In this document: one piece after another, positions 46,362 through 57,000 of the stretch
How the letters are laid out: each line of letters begins with the position of its first letter
Numbering within the stretch: position 1 is the stretch's first letter
Virus record (IMG/VR): IMGVR_UViG_3300045944_000157
Span: 1 to 57,507 of that record
Source: a virus
Taxonomy: Duplodnaviria > Caudoviricetes
Direction: 5' to 3' (one strand)
Length of the DNA stretch: 57,507 nucleotides
Translations under genes and position numbers: made by a program
Notes under the pieces: generated by a model
The model's database searches: none
Told to the model about the DNA's origin: nothing
The model's input: the letters and a program-made list of their open reading frames with translations, nothing else

Positions 46362-47084
46362 ATGTCAGACGAACAGTTTGTCCAAGCCATGCAGGCACTG
46401 CATGAACTTGGAGATCAAGTGGCTGTCCCAATGAAGGGCGGCAAGTCCTACGTCATGGTCAAGGACCGCATCGAAATCTTCCGCAAGGAATTCGGTGATC
46501 GCTTCGGTATCAGGACTGAGGTTGATTACAAGGAAGGCTTCGATCAGGGAGCGCCGGTCGTGGCGTCTGCCTTCATCCTCAACAGCGAGGGACTTGTGAT
46601 CGCATCCGGATGGGCTGTCGAGTTCGTCGGCTCGACCAAACTGACCGATGCCTCGCCGGTCGAGGTGGCTGAGACGAGCGCGATAGGACGCGCCTTGGCC
46701 TGCTTCGGCCTGCATGGTGGAGAGTACGCCTCACTGGATGAGATGCAGACCCACCAGAGGAAGGAAGAATTCCGCGCGGCACCACGCACTGTGGCCAAGC
46801 CAGCCAATGGCAACGGTCCCGACAGACCAGTTGAGCAGAAGCCAATGCCAAGCAGATGGTACGTACCGACTGTCGATGACTGGGAAATCCAGCCCGACGA
46901 AGCGGCGCAGAATGTCATGGACGAGATCGACCGCATCGATACCACCCATGAACTCGGCAAATACTGGGGTGAACTCAAGCCGTCGCTTGACACCCTCAAG
47001 AAATTTGCGGGAGCGCAGGACATTATCGCAGAGATCAAGGCCACGTTCGCAACGCGGCACAACACAGTGGGGTCAAGGAAATGA
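46362..47084 (+). CDS. Single-strand annealing protein (Rad52/Erf-like)
   Basis: Y..V.DRI..FR, AETSAIGRALA..G......AS..E; between exonuclease and SSB. Confidence 0.7.
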   Translation: MSDEQFVQAMQALHELGDQVAVPMKGGKSYVMVKDRIEIFRKEFGDRFGIRTEVDYKEGFDQGAPVVASAFILNSEGLVIASGWAVEFVGSTKLTDASPVEVAETSAIGRALACFGLHGGEYASLDEMQTHQRKEEFRAAPRTVAKPANGNGPDRPVEQKPMPSRWYVPTVDDWEIQPDEAAQNVMDEIDRIDTTHELGKYWGELKPSLDTLKKFAGAQDIIAEIKATFATRHNTVGSRK

Positions 47085-47632
47085 GTGACTGGGGTAGAGC
47101 ACGCAGCAATCGTGGCCGTGGAAACTATGACGACAGGGATGATGACAGGCAGCAGCAGAGGTTCCCCAACAATGGCGGTCTGTTCCCGGTCAAGGATAAG
47201 CGTTCGGACAATTCGCCCGACATGAGCGGCACCATCCTGATTGCCGACGATGTGCTCGACTACATCGTGCGTGAGGCACAGAACGGCAACGAGGTGCTGA
47301 TGGAACTGAAGGGCTGGCGGCGCATCTCGCGCAACAACACCAACTACGAGAGCATCGCCATCAACATCCCGTACAATGTCCGCATGGAAGAGGGCGGCAA
47401 CCCCACCTACAGGTCACAGCGCGGTGGCGGCAGGCGTTACAGCCAGCCACAGAGACGCAGGGATGATGACCGTGGTGATCCGCAGGGCAACCGCTACTCG
47501 CAGCAAAGCGGTCGTGGCAGATACGACGAACGCAACCCGCCGCCACGCAGGAATGATGACGACGAGTTCTCGCGTGGCGACCGGATGCCAGACTTTCTGC
47601 GCGACGATGACGATGATGCCCCACCGTTCTGA
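47081..47632 (+). CDS. SSB-like protein
   Basis: G.LF...K.....PD..G.I core, disordered linker, acidic DDDDDAPPF tail. Confidence 0.7.
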   Translation: MSDWGRARSNRGRGNYDDRDDDRQQQRFPNNGGLFPVKDKRSDNSPDMSGTILIADDVLDYIVREAQNGNEVLMELKGWRRISRNNTNYESIAINIPYNVRMEEGGNPTYRSQRGGGRRYSQPQRRRDDDRGDPQGNRYSQQSGRGRYDERNPPPRRNDDDEFSRGDRMPDFLRDDDDDAPPF

Positions 47633-47981
47633 CCGGGAGTACCGGGTAGTTTACACACGGCGCAAGCGGAAGGAAGACCCGTTCCGTTTGCGTTCTTTCT
47701 CCTATCTCTACTTCATCCGTGGCAAGCCGTGCCTTCAGTGCGGCTCACCCGGTGAGGCCCACCACATCCAGTACGCACAGCCACGAGCACTGGGACGCAA
47801 GACCGGCGATCAGTACGCAGTTCCCTTGTGCCATCCCTGCCACATGAAACTGCACAACGATGGCATACCGGAGCGGACGTGGTGGGCCTTGCGTGGAATT
47901 GATCCAGTGAAATGGGCAGAGAGAAGCTACGAGGAATGGAGCAAGGAGCATGGCGTACACAACGACGACACCGGTTCTTAG
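47613..47981 (+). CDS. DUF968/HNH-like nuclease
   Basis: R...YL..IR..PC..CG...EAHH......G.K..D..AVPLC..CH..LH; start uncertain. Confidence 0.75.
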   Translation: MMPHRSDREYRVVYTRRKRKEDPFRLRSFSYLYFIRGKPCLQCGSPGEAHHIQYAQPRALGRKTGDQYAVPLCHPCHMKLHNDGIPERTWWALRGIDPVKWAERSYEEWSKEHGVHNDDTGS

Positions 47982-48801
47982 TGCGACGGGGATCGCGCCG
48001 GTTCAGATCGGCAACCAGATATTCAACGGGCCACCTATGTGGGCGGATGCACAGATAGCAATTGGTGACCCACGCAATGTCATCGTCGCCGGGAAGAAGC
48101 TGAAGGTACTGTCGAGGTTTGAGCAGGGCAGGAACCGGCTTCAGCGCAATTTCGGTGAGGAGAAGCAAGGCATCGACTGGTACTACGAAGCGGTGCCGGT
48201 CGAGGAAGTGATCGATGCGCTTGGCTGGTGGAACCCGATGCAGTCCGGTCGCCCCAAGCTGTATGCCCAGAAGCTGCTCGACGGTCTGCCGTCTCCGTGT
48301 CCCGGCAAGGGGTTTCGCTGGAAGGCGTGTGGCCTGATGCTCTTCACGCCGCCGGAAGTCGGACGGCACCGCTCCAAGAACCGCACCTCATCGGCAGGGT
48401 TGGCCCTGCTCAAGCACTGGGCTGAGAGCCGCCCGAAGTTCCGCCCGTTCTTCAATGCTTACTACAGTGAGAAGGCAGAGCGTGAGATCACCCTGATCTG
48501 CGTGGACCTTGCGCTGGGTGTGATGCCCGCTGCTTGGAAGCAGATCATGGAGCGCAACAAGCTGGTGGTTGAGGTGAAGTCGGAACAGATCAGGAAGAGC
48601 ATGCACGCACAGGCACAGGCCAACCAGACCTACAGTCAGGGAATTCAGTCAAACATGCTGGCGCAGCAGGCGATGCTGGCGCAGCAGGCCAACAGCATCA
48701 GTAACCAACTGTATGGAATGGGTCAGTCGGCAAGTCAGATTGGTCAGGGTCTTTTGGGAAATCTGTTTGGGGGAGGATTGAACATCAATGCAAGACGATG
48801 A
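47950..48801 (+). CDS. Hypothetical protein with Q-rich tail
   Basis: 283 aa, AAGGAG RBS. Confidence 0.7.
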   Translation: MAYTTTTPVLSATGIAPVQIGNQIFNGPPMWADAQIAIGDPRNVIVAGKKLKVLSRFEQGRNRLQRNFGEEKQGIDWYYEAVPVEEVIDALGWWNPMQSGRPKLYAQKLLDGLPSPCPGKGFRWKACGLMLFTPPEVGRHRSKNRTSSAGLALLKHWAESRPKFRPFFNAYYSEKAEREITLICVDLALGVMPAAWKQIMERNKLVVEVKSEQIRKSMHAQAQANQTYSQGIQSNMLAQQAMLAQQANSISNQLYGMGQSASQIGQGLLGNLFGGGLNINARR

Positions 48802-49255
48802 GGAAAGAGAAATCGAATTGCTGTCCTCGAAATTCGAGGCAGTGAAGATCGCCATGAACCAAGACAAGACGGGGTTCATCCTCAAGCTGTCGGTCCACCC
48901 GAACGATGCTCCGGAAGACATCATGCGTGATCCGGTTGGCACCCGCTATCTGGTGGTGGCTGTACGGATTGGCGATGAGGGTGAGGCGATTGCCTCACCT
49001 TCTCTTCGTGATGGGATCGTGGCGGTTAATCTGGCGGGACAGCTTGCACGGGACAGCCGCTTTCAGACATGGCTGGTGCAGCAGGAATTATCGGACGTGA
49101 TCTCCGAAGCCGCAGCCGCAGATGCCATCCGTACTCATTGCGGCGTGGTGTCACGTTCTGACCTTAAGACCAATGTGGCTGCACGCCGCCGGTTCCTTGC
49201 CCTGCGCGACGAATTCGCCAATGATCTGCGCCGTGGCACCGTACCAAAGGGGTAG
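48788..49255 (+). CDS. Conserved phage hypothetical protein
   Basis: FEAVK..M.Q.K.G..L.L..HP.D.P......VG.RY; CGV.SR..L. Confidence 0.7.
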   Translation: MQDDEEREIELLSSKFEAVKIAMNQDKTGFILKLSVHPNDAPEDIMRDPVGTRYLVVAVRIGDEGEAIASPSLRDGIVAVNLAGQLARDSRFQTWLVQQELSDVISEAAAADAIRTHCGVVSRSDLKTNVAARRRFLALRDEFANDLRRGTVPKG

Positions 49256-49258
49256 ATT

Positions 49259-50104
49259 ATGGAAGAATATGAGTGGGCAATGAGCAGTTATGTGAGGTCG
49301 AAGAAGTTCGAAAAGCTTTCTCCGAACTCCAAGAGAATATACAGCGACGGCATCGATACTCTGGCACCGTACTTCAGCGGTGTCCTGTTGAAGGATATCG
49401 ACAGGCCGATGGTGATCGCGTTCCGTGACGCACACTACGATCAACCGGGCAAGTGCCGGGTGGCGATCAATGTCCTGAAGAACATCCTTCAACACGCTTA
49501 TGACAAAGGCTGGGTGACCGGCAATGTCGCCATGAACCTGCGCGACATGCCGCCGTCCAAGGAGATCGAACGCTGGCAGGAGGATGAGATCGACAGGTTC
49601 TGTTCGACCGCACCCTTCCACATCAGGGATGCCATGATGCTGGCGCTCTACACGGGGCAGCGACGTTCCGATCTGGTGCGCATGTGCTGGTCCGACATCA
49701 ATGAGGAGAGCGGGTTGCTTTATGTGAAGCAGCGCAAGACGGGCGTCGAGCTGTGGATACCCATCCATCCCAAGCTGCGCCGTCATCTCGACGGGATGCA
49801 GAAACGCAAGAGCGTGCGAACGGTCTTCGCCCAGAACCACATCCTGACAAACCATTATGGGATGCCGTGGGTGCCTGAAAGTTTGCGTGCGGCTTTCAAG
49901 CGTCACTGTGCCAAGATCGGTCTGACGGGAAAGCAGTTGCATGGTGTGCGTAAGACTACCGCGTCGATCCTTGGCGAACTTGGTTGCACCGCACTCCAGA
50001 TCATGGCGATCACCGGTCACCAGTCCCTCAAGGAGGTCCAGCGTTACACGGTGGGTGCAGAGAAGAGGCGATTGGCAGAGGAGGCCATGGCGAAATGGCA
50101 ATGA
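49259..50104 (+). CDS. Tyrosine recombinase (core-binding plus catalytic domains)
   Basis: TGQRRSD, Q.KTG, HGVRKT, TGH, RYT catalytic set. Confidence 0.92.
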   Translation: MEEYEWAMSSYVRSKKFEKLSPNSKRIYSDGIDTLAPYFSGVLLKDIDRPMVIAFRDAHYDQPGKCRVAINVLKNILQHAYDKGWVTGNVAMNLRDMPPSKEIERWQEDEIDRFCSTAPFHIRDAMMLALYTGQRRSDLVRMCWSDINEESGLLYVKQRKTGVELWIPIHPKLRRHLDGMQKRKSVRTVFAQNHILTNHYGMPWVPESLRAAFKRHCAKIGLTGKQLHGVRKTTASILGELGCTALQIMAITGHQSLKEVQRYTVGAEKRRLAEEAMAKWQ

Positions 50105-50286
50105 ATGTAACGCTGAGAACCAAGAATGGGGGAGAGGTGATGACCAAAGACCTTGGTGGTCTTCCCGCCTTTCCTGAAATCATTAACCGGGGTGGGAAAC
50201 TCTATGTCCTGAGACGGGTTACGCCAGACAAGGAGAACGCCTTCTATCATGAGGCGAATGTCTTGGACATGGAAGAGGGGGAATAG
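50101..50286 (+). CDS. Small hypothetical protein
   Basis: ATGA coupling to recombinase stop. Confidence 0.55.
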   Translation: MNVTLRTKNGGEVMTKDLGGLPAFPEIINRGGKLYVLRRVTPDKENAFYHEANVLDMEEGE

Positions 50287-50643
50287 ATGGGGGAGGTTGT
50301 CGAACTTAACAATTACAAGGACATGACCCCACGCTTCTCGCTTGAGGCAACGATGGACGAGGAAGGATCATGGCGTGTGGCCATTACCGATTTCTATGAC
50401 GACAGGATGGATACCCATGCTGTCTACCGGGAGATCGCGGAGGCGCTGATCCCGATAGCCGGGGGTATGGTCCACAGTGCCGAAGACCTTGAGCCGACGA
50501 AGAATGGCTGCATCATGACCAGCATCCTGCTCTTCCAAGGCGGGCACATCGACTTCCGCTCCCATCCTCTGGACACCAAGGAAAGGAAGGATTGGGTTTG
50601 CTCTGCCCTCGACCGCATCAAGCGCAACGTGCGCAAGGGTTGA
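50287..50643 (+). CDS. Hypothetical protein
   Basis: 118 aa, GAGGGGG RBS. Confidence 0.65.
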   Translation: MGEVVELNNYKDMTPRFSLEATMDEEGSWRVAITDFYDDRMDTHAVYREIAEALIPIAGGMVHSAEDLEPTKNGCIMTSILLFQGGHIDFRSHPLDTKERKDWVCSALDRIKRNVRKG

Positions 50644-50702
50644 TAAATGACCGTGAAGTACGATATAAATCGTGCGGGCATAATGGAACAGGGCGAACCA
50701 GT

Positions 50703-50951
50703 ATGAGTATCCATGCAACAAATCTGTGGGCCAGCATCGACAAGATTGCGGAGCAGGAAAACACCACGCTTCCAAGGCTTGCTTTGAAGGCGGGGCTTGA
50801 CCAATCAACCTTCAGCCATGCACGCCGCAAGCGGAACTGGATGAGCCTGAAGACACTGGCCCGCGTGCTCAATGCACACGACATCACCATCAGGGAATGG
50901 GCGCGTCTGGTCGATGACAAGATGCCGAACCCCGATCCTGAAAACGTATAA
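50703..50951 (+). CDS. XRE-type HTH resembling alphaproteobacterial S24-repressor N-domain
   Basis: LWA.ID..A......LA..AGLD..TF...R. Confidence 0.75.
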   Translation: MSIHATNLWASIDKIAEQENTTLPRLALKAGLDQSTFSHARRKRNWMSLKTLARVLNAHDITIREWARLVDDKMPNPDPENV

Positions 50952-50964
50952 CCAGAGAGGAGAT

Positions 50965-50986
50965 GGATAGTTCTTCCGAACTATCC
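50965..50986. terminator. Hairpin between convergent genes
   Basis: GGATAGTTC-TTCC-GAACTATCC; no T tract. Confidence 0.45.
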
Positions 50987-51000
50987 TCTGATGGCGGCGG

Positions 51001-54000
51001 TCAATCGATTGCCGCCATCACTTCATTGGCGCGTCCAACGAGATTGTCCTGACGATCCTTCAGCATCTTGATCCGCGCTTCCCTGCTCTCCTCGGTGCCC
51101 TTCTTGCTTTCCCTGATCTTCTTGATCTTGGTGCTGATCTTCTTGCGGGCATTCTCAAAGGCGTTGATGCGGGCGGCGATCTTGTACTCCTTCGGATACT
51201 TCTGGATGATCGACAGGTACATCGCATCGTCGTTATCCCTGCGGGCATCCTTCATTGCCTTGTGTACGCGCAGCACCTGATCCCTGCCCTCAATGTAGTC
51301 CTGTAGGTCGTTGCGCGTGGTGATGGTGCCGTAGGCTTTGCGCAGGAACGGAATGTCGGTGGCTTCGATCTCCATCTCCGGCAGTTCGCCGGTCGCCCCG
51401 CCATACATCAAGCGACCGGCGCGGGCCAGAAATGTCCCGGTGCCACCGGTAATCCAATCGACTGCATACTCGACCTGATTGGGGGAGTACTCCATCTTGC
51501 CGGGTATGTAATCTCCCTGCCGACCGGTTAGCTGGGACATCCAGTCCGCGATGGAAACAAACAGCGGATGGGTGTTGTTCCAGTATTGCTGGCTGCGGTT
51601 TTCTCCAACGTTATCATAGGGGCTGACCGGTGGCGCGATGGGCTTGCCGGTGAAGTCCTCATTCATGTAGAGGTCCACTACCGGGTCGATAATCGATGGT
51701 ACCACCCAGTTGAGGAAGGAGTTCGATCCGCCCATCGGGTTGAGGCTGTCGATCATCGTCATGCCGCCCGTGCTCATCAGTTCACCCATCGTGTACTTGC
51801 CACGCGCGGCACGGGACGAGGCGCGGCCCCAGTTGTAGATGCCGTTCATCAGGTACGGCATCGGTATCTTGAAGTAGCCGCGCTCACTGATGCCGAACGG
51901 GTCCATGAACACCATGTTATGTTCAAGCACGTGCGGCGGTATCTTGTCGTAGGTCTTCTCTCCGTCATCGTCTTCCGGGGAAAGCGCCGACATCAGCATG
52001 TCCTGCACGGCACCGGCTGCAAGCACCGACGCCCAGACATACTTCATCCGGCGCGAGCGGATGAACGGGTTGAGCAGCGCCATCGATCCCTGCATCGACG
52101 CATTGAAGAACATGTAGAAGGCGGTCATCATCGGTTTCATCTCGCCGCCCATATTGAAGTTGACGGTGAGGTTCTTGGCTGCGAATGCCGCCATCTCCTT
52201 TGCCCGCAACTGGTTCTGTGCATCGTGCGGGTCACCGCTGAGTTCAAGGTACTGGTCCCGAAGAACCTTGTAGGCGGCGAGACGGGTGCCGTTTTCAATG
52301 GCAAGGTTGTAGTCGGAGATAAACTTGCCAAGCGCCTTGAGCGGCTTCAGAACTTTGTGTTTGGCACCGGAGACATCCTCGGCCAGATGCTGGTTGATGT
52401 GGTCGATGGTGTCAGCCAGTTCACGGATGCCGAAGACGGCGGTATGTCCGCCATGCCTGCGGAATTCCTCATGCACCTTGGCCCACTCGCCGGTCGGGTT
52501 GCCGGAACGCAGCGACTGCCGCACCCCGTTGAGTGCCGGGAGAACCGAAGCGATCACCTTGCGGCGCACACCCTTGCGCTTCTGCTCGGACAGGTTGACC
52601 ATCGCCGCCTCAAGGTCGCGCAGCATGTTGGCGATCATGAACTCCGGATTGTAGCTGGTGCGGGTGGCGGCAAGGAACCGGTTGACTGCCGCCAGACCTT
52701 TGATCAGGGAGTGCATGCCGGTGTTCGAACCCAGCCCGGACTTCGATCCCATCGCCCTGACGATCTTGTCGTCTTTCATCTTGATGTAGAATTGCTGGCC
52801 ATCGACCTTGCCCTTGAGCACGGTCGGATCGGTCATCACCTGATTGTCCACTGACTGCACGACGGTGCCGGTCTTGACATCGTACCGGTATTTGGTCCTC
52901 GGCATCTGAAGGATTTCCGCCACGCCCGCCATCTGCGCCGGGTTGTCGAGGATCAGCTTGCGGAACGACTGCGCCACCTTGTTCTTCCCGGCCCGCACAA
53001 TCGTCTCTTGGTTCTGCATGATGGCGTGGGCAATCAGGTCACGGCCCATGCTTTCGCGGCCAAGGGCTGAGTAGTCTTCCTTACCCCTGATGTTGAAGCC
53101 CTTGCCGGTCTTGGCAAAGTCGGACATGTCCTCATCCCTGAGAGATGCTTCGCCAAGGAAGCCACGGATCGGCACGTAGTCCTGATAGGTATCGACCGGG
53201 GTGCCGTCCGGATGCAGCAGGGTGCGGAAGTCGGGGGTCAGTCCGGATGCCACGCGGATGTCGTTGGTGGACCTGACGATGGCCCGCATGCGGGAGCGCA
53301 CGGAGTTCGGATTGGTCGGCTCCATGAACTCCCGTGCAAATGGTTTGGTGGCAAACCAGTCGAGCACGGCCTGCGCCTCACCGTCACCCATGCCGGACCC
53401 GGCTTCGTACTGCATCGGTCGTTCGCCAGCGATGCGCTCGTTGCGCTTCTTCATCAGCGCATTTCGCTCCAGTGCATGCTGTGCATAGAGATAGAGTTCA
53501 GCCAGTGCGTGCTTGTGGTTGACCTTGTAGCCGTCGAGGAAACCGGCAACCCTTGGCGAGATGGTGCGTGCTTCGTCGTAGTCCCGGCGGGTGACGCTCA
53601 AGCCTTGGATGGTGTCCATCATCGGCTTGTAGAAGTCCTTGTCGTTGGCGGTCAGATGGGCGTCGGTCTGGCTGGAGTACAGTTGCTCCCTGAGATAGAC
53701 ATCGTTCTCGTTGGTGATGAAGCCGCCGTTCTTTTTCATGCGGTCGATCAGCCTGCCAATCGACAGCATGCGGTCCTGCAAGGAGATGATGGTGTCGTCG
53801 GCCTTCTCCTTCAGGAGAGCCTTCTGCCTGCCGCCGGGGATGGTCCAGTCGATCAGCTTGTGCAGGACAGGAGACAGGTTGTCGTAGGTGATCCTGTTGT
53901 GGACTTCGGACAGCCTGTCGATGGGTGGCACGGGCGGCACCCGTGTTCCGGTCGGTGCCGCCGCCGAATACTGTGGGTTTGCCTGCGCCTGTGCCTGCCG

Positions 54001-57000
54001 GACCATGGAGAAGAAAGGCTGGTCGCCCTTCTCGAAACTGTCCATCATCGGCTGAGTGAACATCAGGTCGTAGGTGTCGAGAGGAACGCCACCCTTCTGT
54101 TCGTCCATCCCCATCGCGGCATCCAAGCCACGATAGTAGTCGCCGTGCGCATGCCAAGACAGAACATGGTTGATCTCGTCCCGCTCCAGTCCGGCGGATT
54201 TCAGGATGTCATCCGGATCATAGTTGCGCCGGTTGCGGGTGACGTGCATCGCCGTCTTCAGCTTGTCGATCAGCGTCTCCGCGTCCTGCTTCTCGCTGTC
54301 GTGCTGGTACACGTCGTCATGGATGTTGTCCTGATGGTTTTTGTGCAATGCATTGATGAAGTCGAACATGTCTTCCCGTTCAGGCAGGGCTTCGGCGGCA
54401 CTGAGAGACGGTCCCTCGTCTATCCCCAGTTCCCACGGCTCCGGCTCCCACGTCGGAGGACGATCCCTGCTTTGCACGACTGAGTGCTCAAGAACTGCAC
54501 CGAATGGATCGGCAATGCCGCGTGTGATACGGGGAAGCTTGAGAAGGTAGCGGTTGACGATGGGTGAGACGGAGACATCTCCATAGGCGGTGTACTGGTT
54601 TCGCCCCTTCTCGTCCTGTGTCGTTTCCAATTCGCCATAACCCTCTGTCACGGCAACGCTTTCCGGAGAGCCGTGCCATGAGATGCCGTCATAGCCATGC
54701 TCGACTGCATGCCGGATCATGCGGCGGATCACATAGTCTTCCCAGTTCGATTTGAAGGGAGCGTTGGGGATAGCCAGTCGTTCCCGCGCCGCAGCCATCT
54801 CTTGGACCACATCGCTGTGCTCTTTCCTGACGGCATCGATCTGCGGTCCAAGATCGACCATTTCCTGTAGTCGCTCCTGCACCTGTCTGCGGTTGGTGAG
54901 TAGCCGCTCGTTCACCGCGCCACCGGTTTCGGCGCGTATCCTTTTCTCCATCTGTTGCAGCATCCATATCTGGTCAGCGATGACGACCTTCCTGCCTTCC
55001 AATTGGCGTTGCTTGTCGTAGAGAGCACGCGCCTCATTTCCCAACTGTTCGTACTTGGCTACGGCTGACTTGGAGTAGTAGCCAACCTTCGACCCCCGCT
55101 GATGAAGGTCGGACTGCATTTCCTCAAGGAACATGATACGTTTGCCGTCCCGTTCCACGTCCCTGAAACGGACGAAGGCCAGCACGTTCTCAAGCTTTCG
55201 CCTACCCTTGCCTGCGGGCACTGTCATGTGCCCGTTCTTGTCGAAGTAGTCCGGCTCCCCTTCCTTACCGGGGAAGGTGAGCGCCACTTCGGCATAGGTC
55301 TTGTCGGCCTTGCTGGTCTGGCTGCGCTCCACCCACTGCGGGCTGGATATCGCCGCTTGACCCAAGTCGGGGTGTGCCGGGTTGGCAAAGACGACAGCAC
55401 GCACATTGGGTCCGGACGCCTTGACGAAGTTCATGATGTCGTTGCGGTGGACTTCCTCACCTTTCGGCAAGTCCTGTAGCCACTGCTTGATGCCCAGCCA
55501 GTTCAGTTCATCCGGCTTGATCCCGGCACTGGACAGCATCTTGATCCAGTCATTCTTCGGTGCCGTCTCACGGGTGACCTTCTCAAGGAAGCGCATGGTG
55601 TCGAGATAGAAGTTGTCGGTCTTGAGCAGCGAGTAGGTGATGTCGTCGGGACCGCGCGGACCCAGCCCGCCATGACCAATCTCACGGTCGGCAATGCCAC
55701 CGGAGAAGATGGTGTCCATCAGGTCGGCGGCATCGTGCCGCTGCGACAGCCGCATCATCTTCTTGATGAAGTCGGCTATCTTTCTCAGCAGGCTGCGCTC
55801 CGGATTGCGGAACGCGGTCGGGTCGTTCATGTAGTGCCGCGCCATCTCGGCAATGGCTTCCTCGGCAAGGATGTTGGAGCTGGAGCCTTCGGCGCGGATG
55901 GCTGCGCGTTGCAGCCATGTGTACTTCTTGCCGGGAACCTTGGCGTTCACCGCATGCTGGAACAGGGTGTCCCATTCCTGCGGAGTAAGGAGATCAAGGC
56001 TGCGTAAGGCATGGATCAGTTCGTGGTTGAAGACCTGTTCCATCAACTGAGCACGCTGCTCGGTGGTCAGGTTCGGATTGTAGAGATCGTTGGCAATCCG
56101 GATCAGGTTGCCGATGACCCGCTTCATGCCATCCGGATCGGTGCGCTTGATGTCCTGTGAGGTGCCTTCGACAATACCGTCCGGCGCTTCTGGGTTGGTC
56201 AGCCGTGGCAGGATGCCGACATCCACCCGTCCCTTGCCCAGAACCTTTTCGCCGTAAGCTTTCAGGCTGTCGGCAACCGGACCCACCTGCTTGGTGAAGT
56301 CCTCCTCGATTGCCGCCTGCTTCTCTTCCGCTGTCTGCTGTTCTTTGTGCTGATTGCTTTCCGGGGAGTAGGCGGCATCGAAACCCTTCAACGCTTCGGT
56401 GGCTTCGTTCTCGGTGACGAATGTCTTGAGCAGCGTGTCACTGACCGTCCGCTGATCCTTGCCGGGGATGTGCTCATGCTGGAGTTCATGGATGCCGTAC
56501 TGAATACCCTTCGGGTCTTCGCTTACGGTGGCTTCCTTCTGCCGGTTGGCCGGGATGTTCTTGTCGATCCAGTCAAGCGCCTCTTCGCGTGTGGCAAAGT
56601 TCACCTTGCGGCCAACCTTCTTACCGTCCATCTCGACGGAGAACGGCTTCGCATCGGCTGACTGCACCGCTCTGACGACATACTCACGGGTGCGCCGCTT
56701 GCGCCCCTTGCCCGTCTTGTCCACCGTCTCGCCGGTTCCATGCGGTTCAATGATCTTGATGTACTGGTCCTTGTTGCCAGCCGCATGGGCATCGCCACGC
56801 TTCAGTATCTCGTTGAAGTAGGCTTCTGCCATCGGCTTGGAGACGCCCAGCGTTTTCCTGATCCTGTCGATGGACAGAGTGCCCTTGTCCCGCAAGGCGA
56901 CGACGGATTTCTTGTAATCGGTTTCGCTGATCGGTGAGACTTCCTCACCAATCTTCGGTGTCGCCGTTACCCGGCTGGCCTGCGGTGCTGATCCCTCCTG

